NCBI GenBank assembly: GCA_012295275.1
Contig: CM022671.1
Location: 33,790,001-33,854,000, forward strand
Reading direction: 5' to 3'
Length of the DNA stretch: 64,000 nt
From: Chrysomallon squamiferum
Lineage: Eukaryota; Animalia; Mollusca
The position numbers were made by a program, and so were the translations under genes. Below the pieces are notes generated by a model. The model worked only from the letters and a program-made list of their open reading frames with translations. It had not been told where the DNA came from and did no database searches. Below are positions 56,502 to 64,000 of this stretch, one piece after another; the stretch's first letter is position 1; the number at the start of each line of letters is the position of its first letter.

Positions 56502-57359
56502 AAGAATGTCACAATAAACCGGCAAACTTAACTACAAGCCTTCCCGGATTACCGGTTTTGCTAAGCCAACCAAGGCAAAGTAATAAAAAGTAATTTGACA
56601 ATACAACAGTGTTAATCTTTCTAAAGCCCTGCTGACTGATCATTGGAAACAAAATAATCAGTTTTCGCCGTGGTCTAGTGCTCACACTTGTTATAGCTAC
56701 TGTTGACACAAACACGTATATCTGAAAACAAAATCAGTTACGTACTTCAGAAAACGTCAAACAGTCAAAGATATTATCTACGGCAGTCTAATACTTGTTG
56801 TTTTTAAGAGTGTTTTGGCATTTCATATCAGCTTTGCTTGATTAATCATTACTGTAAAACCCTTATAACTGTTAACAGCCCCGTTCCAGACCCGGCTCCC
56901 TTTAGTGGAGAAGGGACTCACATATTCCCCAAAAAACAAAAACAAAAAACAAAACAAAAACAAAACAAAAAAAAATAGATCGAAATTCGGACGAACTTTG
57001 TCTTACTAAACTGTTTGGAAGTAGGCCACGAACTCGAGATAACGTATCGCTTCAGCTTGTAATACTTGCGTTGCACGATAACCTTTAAACTGGAAAGTGA
57101 CACTGTCGAGCCTAGCGACTCTATGTGTGTCAAGTTTGTTTGACGTTCACTGGTAGGACGTAGATCGGTATCACACGCCTCACACTTTTCCAAGTGGGGA
57201 AAGACAGCAAATGTGTCCTGCCTTAACCCACTGCCATGGATTGTTTTGGTCGTGATTGTTGCTGTTACTGTTGTTGTTGTTGTTGTTGTTGTTTTTCCTA
57301 GTAAGCTACAATTATGCTACTCCATAGACTATGCTGTATCTTTACTTTTTTTAAGTTAC

Positions 57360-57870
57360 ACACTACATCACATATAAAATACTATATACTTCATCATAAA
57401 GCATTATATACTACGGTATATAATGCTTTATGATAAAATATATAGTATTTTATCTATGCTAAGTAGTATTATATGGTACACCATAAGGTACTGCATTATA
57501 ACTACCTTATCATAAAATACTGTATACCTTATGACAAAGTACTATATATTTCACCAATGCCACATACAACACTATAAAGTACTGCATACTGTACTATTAA
57601 CTACTATATACTACTCTATAATGTATTGTATACTATACGACAAAGTACTCTAAAGTGCACAATAAAGTACTGTATTTACACCATAAAGAACTGCCTGTAC
57701 AATATTAAATACTATATACTTCACAATGAAGTATTATTCATTACACCATAATGCACTATAATATATTATACTATAATGTATTCCTTAAAGTATCATAATT
57801 ATGCAACACTACTGAAGGACTATAACTATTACTTCATTATAAACCACTATATTATCACACTATAAAATTC
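57360..57870. repeat. Degenerate minisatellite, about 22 bp unit, with an internal inversion
   Basis: Recurring CATAAAGTACTATATACT-like units. The segment 57416-57453 is inverted relative to the rest. Confidence 0.7.
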
Positions 57871-58806
57871 TGCAAGTGTTGTACAGAATTCATTATAAAT
57901 ATTCTACCAATGGCCACAAAACACATTGCAGTGCTTGGGCTAAGGAGGAGAAAATAGCATTTTACTGACCATAAACACCGCGACATTTCATTTGCCTACT
58001 ACTGAATTACAACCATGACAGAATGATAAAAGAGATCCTGACACTCGAATACTGATCAGAGTTTGAAAACGTTGACATAAAAACGTTCAGCTGAGCATCA
58101 TGTTAACTCATCCACAAATGAAATACCAGTTTCATACGAGGAAGAAAATGTGATATAAAAGAGAGAATTTTGGGGCAGGTATAACGCCCGTAGGTAAGGT
58201 TTTTATTACCTAACTTTGTAATAATGAATGTCAGGAGGCGTGTGTATATTTGTATGCATGTGCTGTTTTCTCATTCACTACTGCGTATACATGTATTGTG
58301 TGTTTTTCCTTCTACGTTTATTAGTGTGCACGGACATAGCACGTAGTTATGAAAGAGAATGATTGGATGCAGTTAAACGTCTGCAGTTATCGGATTAAAC
58401 AATAGAATTATATAGATACACATGTACAAGCACATTTACATACACATACACATACACATACAAATACACATACATATACACATACACATACATACATACA
58501 TACATACATACACATATACATACACACACACACGCATACACACACACACACACACACACATACATACATACATACATACACACACACAACATACATACAT
58601 ACATACATACATATATACACAAACACATATACATACATACATACATATACACACACACACATACGTACATACATACATACGCACACACACACACACATAC
58701 ATACATACATACACATGGCTAGTTAAATGAAATAGGACGTACAAATTATTGCTGTAGCTGTGCTAAATGAAAAAGGCTTTGTAAAAATCTGTCAACAGTG
58801 ATAAAT

Positions 58807-58895
58807 ACACAGAATCAGATTAGTCGCGTTAAAGGTTTTATTTAGTTGCTAGTAATGTTCTTCCTGATCTGTTCATTCCTGTGTTTTCTGTTATG
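58807..58895 (+). repeat. Locally dispersed repeat, partial diverged copy 2
   Basis: AATCAGATTAGTCGCGTTAAAGGTTTTATTTAGTTGCT...TTCATTCCTG matches the core of the 49868 and 62110 copies. Confidence 0.85.
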
Positions 58896-60158
58896 GTTAC
58901 AACAACTGTTGTTATGCTCTCCCAGCTGTGTATTTAATTACATGCAATTTATGTTTAAAAAAAATAAAATAAAATAAAATAAATAAATAAATAAAAACAG
59001 AAAAAAATACAATATCTTTAAAAATATATGTCGGTCAAAAACAAAATGTGTTTCATAAATATGATATTAAACATGAAGATGACGTTCCTGTGGTCAAACA
59101 TTTTAATCTACCTGGCCATATAGTAGAAGATGATTTTGAAATATTCCCAGTAGAACAAACCCGATTCTCGGTTGAGAAGGCGAAACAGACCTGTTGAGAC
59201 TCGAATGAAAAGTTTTCTGGATTCGCACATCAAAAACACAGAAACCATTTTTATAAATGTTGAATCGAGCAAATGCAGGGGAAAAAAAAAATAAATAAAT
59301 AAAAGATAAAATAATTTTCCCAAACTTTACAACTTTTCAATTTTGGAAACATTATGAAGGAACAATATTTTAACTTACAAACGTAAAAGAAAAATCCGAT
59401 AACAGCACGTCCCGTGATTGATCAAATGAAAAACCTGAGTCTAAAGGACATTTTTAAAATTTCAGAGCAGTACTCTCAGAATCTGTATAAAAGACAAACT
59501 TTACAAAAGTTTTACGAATCAGTTCAATGACAAATGCGGAAATGTTGTGAATTATTTTCAAGAATATGTTTTTTTCTAAGAATGCTTTATTTTTTTTTAT
59601 TTTTTTTTTTTTATTTTTTTTTTTTTGGATCATATATTTTATAACATACATTAAAATGGTCAACTGTAAATGAGTTAAAATCGGTAAATTGGTTAAATTT
59701 TTAACATCTTGAGAGACACAGTCATATTAGGAATTTTATCAAAGCTTCAAATCAGTATGCAGAAATTACTGTGCTATTGCGATGAACATGCTATCAAGAA
59801 CGTGTTATGAAATCAATTCTGCTGTCACTGTTACGAGTTATGTCTTCTAACGTCGAAGTAAATTACTAGGTGTTTCGATTAAAGCTGTTGCCAAAAGATA
59901 TTTTGTTCGGTTAACTTGATCCTATCTGCCAGTCTCTGCTGACATAATAACTGATGAGCTAGAAGATAAAAGAGAGTTACTGACATAATGGTAACACACA
60001 ACTATGAAGGATTTAATGTATTATTTTCTAAACAATTGATTCTAGACTTAAATAACAGAAATTAATCATATTTGTTTGTTTGATTTAATTATATATATAT
60101 GTTTATGGACAATCGAAGTTTTTATTTATTTATTTGTATATTTATTACGTATAAATAC

Positions 60159-60263
<105 letters not shown>

Positions 60264-60830
60264 CGTGTAATTAAACACAGTCTGTACACACTCGACTCAG
60301 ACGTCAGGAAAAGTACATGAACGGAAGACGACAAGGTCCTATTTCAGCCGAGTTTTACACAAGAGCCACGTAACACTGAAACACGAAAATCAAAACGTGA
60401 CAAACTCCTGTATTTTTAACCACTAACGTTATACCGGTTCCCTATTCGAACACAAAAGAAATTAAAAAAAAAAAAAAAAAAAACCCACAACAATTCTGCA
60501 TATTTTTACCGACTAAAATGGTATTACATACGAAGATATTCAGAAACATTTTTTTTTTTCTTTTTCTTCTTCTTATTCATACAGCTTATTTAAAAATAAC
60601 AGAAATGACTGAAGAAATGCCGTCGTTTTAATCCACGGGTTTGAAAACAAAAGCAGTTTTCCCGATACCTCGTCCATTTCTCGTCTGCTTGCTATCTGCT
60701 CGCGCTCACCCGGAACGAGGCAGTCTTGTTTATTGACGACGATATCGGAGTTGACACAGAAAATCGACAAATCGCTAGACAGCGTGCCATATTTTTTTAT
60801 ATACGTATGTTAAAACTGTTACAAACCAGA

Positions 60831-60866
<36 letters not shown>

Positions 60867-61199
60867 TGGGTTTTTTTTAGCTCTTTTTCTGAAGCAGTTT
60901 GGTAAGTCCGTTTAATTTTTTTTTCATTTCACTCTTCGTTTGCAATTTAATTTCGTATTTTTTATGCAGATTCTGTCCACTGTTGTTGAATCGGGGATTA
61001 TATATCCAAATTTTTTATCCAGGCAGGTGGCGTCCTTGTTCAACAATAGCTGTCCACATACTATGGAAGGGGTCGCTTTAGTTCAGTTTCCCTTGCTTTG
61101 GTATCGGTGTTTTCTCTCACGGGGACAGCAGTGGCATGTCCGACATAATTAAGGTATAGTCTGATCTGTCGTAGATTATGTAGAGGAATTCGTTGAACG

Positions 61200-61547
61200 T
61201 GGGTATGATAACGTAATGTACATAGCTGTGTATTATTTTTAAAACGTGTTGTAATGTCTGTTGCGTTGTGTAGCGGGTGTAGTGGGGTGTAGCATGGTTT
61301 CGTAGGGTATGTAGCGTAGTACTGTCGAGTATAATATATTATCGTGGGGTATAGTGGGGTACAATGTAGTACACTGGGATGTTGTGTTGTATAGTATGTA
61401 TGTAGTATAGTGAGGTGTGGGTACTAAAGTATAATGGGGTATAAAAAAATAATGGCATGTAGTATATGATAGTGGGTTGTAAAGCAGTATAGTGCCGTAA
61501 GGTGTAATGCGTTTTCGTATTTGTAGTGTATAATAAGAAATGATATA

Positions 61548-61550
<3 letters not shown>
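61200..61550. repeat. Degenerate G/T-rich short-period repeat (GTAGT/ATAGT-like)
   Basis: Recurring gtagt, atagt and tggggt motifs with strong strand skew. Confidence 0.5.
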
Positions 61551-61636
<86 letters not shown>

Positions 61637-62058
61637 AGACTTTTTGACAGTCTGGAGCGAAGATGTAAATTCCAGGGTTTAATTCATGGTCCTAGGATAT
61701 TTGCACTTTCCAGTTTATCCGGATGTTAGTCAGACCACAGACTGGTTTCGTTTAACCGGTTGTTAAATCACTCCACTTCGTTTCTAATTACAGCGTGCTA
61801 TTTATAATTTATGTAACTCTTTTGTTATTTGTCTTCTTTGCACGAAGCTTCTTTTTCACATTTTACAGTTCTTGTCTCAACAAGAAAATGTTATACTTCA
61901 CTGATCTTATTTGTATATATGCAAGAGAAAAAACTGAACTGAATCAACACTGGCTACAATATACCGTAATGTCTCATTTAGTGGCTAGTTGAATGAAATT
62001 GGTTTTATTATTACTACTATTATTTTTATCATCATCATCATCATTATTATTGTTGTTG

Positions 62059-62109
<51 letters not shown>

Positions 62110-62110
<1 letters not shown>

Positions 62111-62308
62111 GTTAAATTAAAAATACTTAGCAGTAATATATTACACATAATCAGATTAGTCGCGTTTAAGGTTTTATTTAGTTGCTGATATTGTTCTTCC
62201 TAATCTGGTCATTCCTGTTTTTTTTTTTTTTGTTAGGTGAAAGGTTTATTCTGTTATCGGCATTCTTTTTTCTTTCTTTTTTTTCTTGTTATTGTTGTTG
62301 TTGTTATT

Positions 62309-62339
<31 letters not shown>

Positions 62340-62398
62340 TCCGTTGTAGTTGTAGTAGTAATTACTAATGTTATAGTTGTAGTAATAGTAATAACTAT
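62110..62398 (+). repeat. Locally dispersed repeat, copy 3
   Basis: Near-identical to 49868-50127 apart from T-run and microsatellite lengths and a few substitutions. Confidence 0.9.
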
Positions 62399-63351
62399 TA
62401 TTATTGTTAATGATGCTCGGTCGCTGATGAACGATTAAAACCAAATAAACTCCTCAGCACGTTTAGTTTCGCTGCCATTGCAGTTAGCAAATGCATCGTG
62501 GTACATGATACACTTTAAATAAAGTTGATTATTTATCTGTTGTCGGTTTATTGTGAAGTGTCTGTGTTTGTAATGATAAAACAACAACAATAATAAAAAT
62601 GTAATATACGCAGGTGAGAATGCAGGTGAGACAGACAGACAGATGTGTAAACGTGATAAATGCCAAATTCAAAATATAAGAGAAACGCGGCCATGATAAT
62701 TTATGTTCGATATTTTGACTGATTTTAAAAAGGTCTATATTAGTCTTCTTTAGTAAGCGATATTCGTTACTGATCTACACACTGCGGATTTTCGTTTCAT
62801 AAAGCGATAAATGTCTTATCAATAATTCGGCAGTCATTTCGGTGACGTCATTATAATATGGAGGCGCCTTTAACTCAAAAAATGTGCTTGTCAAATTCTT
62901 TACTAATAATGAGCAACTTTTGAACAGTTAACGATCACTGCGTTCTCTGGGAAAGAAACAAAAACCTTAAAAGACAAAAATGCAGAGAGAAATTTTTAAA
63001 GTCAAAATTACAAAAATAATATTGATTAATTCGCCATTCGGGTGGAGAGGAACAGACATAGTCATACACCCAACAGTTTACACAGAGGCAGTCAGGTGGA
63101 ATAACAGGCCACTTAAATATGCTTAATTGGACCGCTCCACATCACAGCAGTTTGACGTGCAGTGTCAGTAAGTTTCCAGTGAAAGCGAGTTAATCATATA
63201 CTGTGTAAGTTTGTAATCGCTTTTTTCAACTGCTTGGAGAAAAAGTTTGATAGTTAATGACAGAAACGAACTAAATATATAAGACAAGAACAATTTTTGT
63301 TTTTCAGCTGTTAGACGGGTTGTTTTTTTAATTAATTATTTATTTATATAT

Positions 63352-63433
<82 letters not shown>

Positions 63434-64000
63434 TTTGTTTTCATTTTGTTTTCATTTTTTTTCTTTATTTATTTATTATTATTATTTTTTGTTTGTTTGT
63501 TTGTTTTAGCCTGTTGTAACATCTGAAATTCGTACGTAAAATTGCGTAGTATAATCAAACTCTGTACGTAACAATGAGAGTGTGTACACCAACCTTGAAC
63601 TTTGCTGTTTTACACTGGGAGACTATTGACATGTATGACTAATGGGAGGGTACCTATCATGCACATCAACTGAAGCCTGCGTATGTTGCCTTTATTTTCA
63701 TTTAGATTTTTTGTTTTTGTCTTCGTGAAATAGTATTTGATAGTTATGTATATTGGTAAAAATCAGCAGTGAACAATATATTTTATCCCATTTTCAGTTA
63801 ATTTTTTTCACGGTGATATGTGGCACCTGCCATTGTCTTCACAGCTTGTGAAATTCTGATTCCCGGTTTGTTCACGGTTAACAACGTTATACGCTGTTTT
63901 TATCACCTACATGATTCTCTCTCCCAAAGTTGAATTTTCATTTCATTATGCTTTACTTTATTAATCCGATCGGTTATACATGCTCTGATTAAAATATCGA

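Noticed and set aside
62843-62850. Perfect CRE palindrome TGACGTCA
   Set aside because: A single 8-mer with no linked transcription unit is expected by chance in 64 kb.

Overview
AT-rich, microsatellite-dense animal genomic DNA with GT-AG introns, probably from a gastropod mollusc (inferred, not established). Two protein-coding genes are well supported. (1) A 7-exon + strand class C (mGluR-like) GPCR gene, CDS 3175-22338, about 1675 aa if one base is restored. Its architecture is unusual: signal peptide, three tandem Venus flytrap (VFT/ANF_receptor-like) domains joined by short CxxxCxxCxxC linkers, a vestigial 3-Cys stub in place of the nine-cysteine domain, then a class C 7TM. VFT2 and VFT3 each sit on a single phase-0/phase-0 exon with introns at equivalent positions. 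A 1-nt frameshift lies at 19044-19053 and is either an assembly error or a real truncating allele. (2) An apparently single-coding-exon KLF15 orthologue on the - strand (43951-45153) with a TATA/CCAAT promoter. The remainder is intronic or intergenic: microsatellites, two minisatellites (one containing a 38-bp hairpin with a cUACGg loop), a locally triplicated repeat, SINE-like remnants and several candidate regulatory islands. Most short ORFs in the supplied track are microsatellite artefacts.
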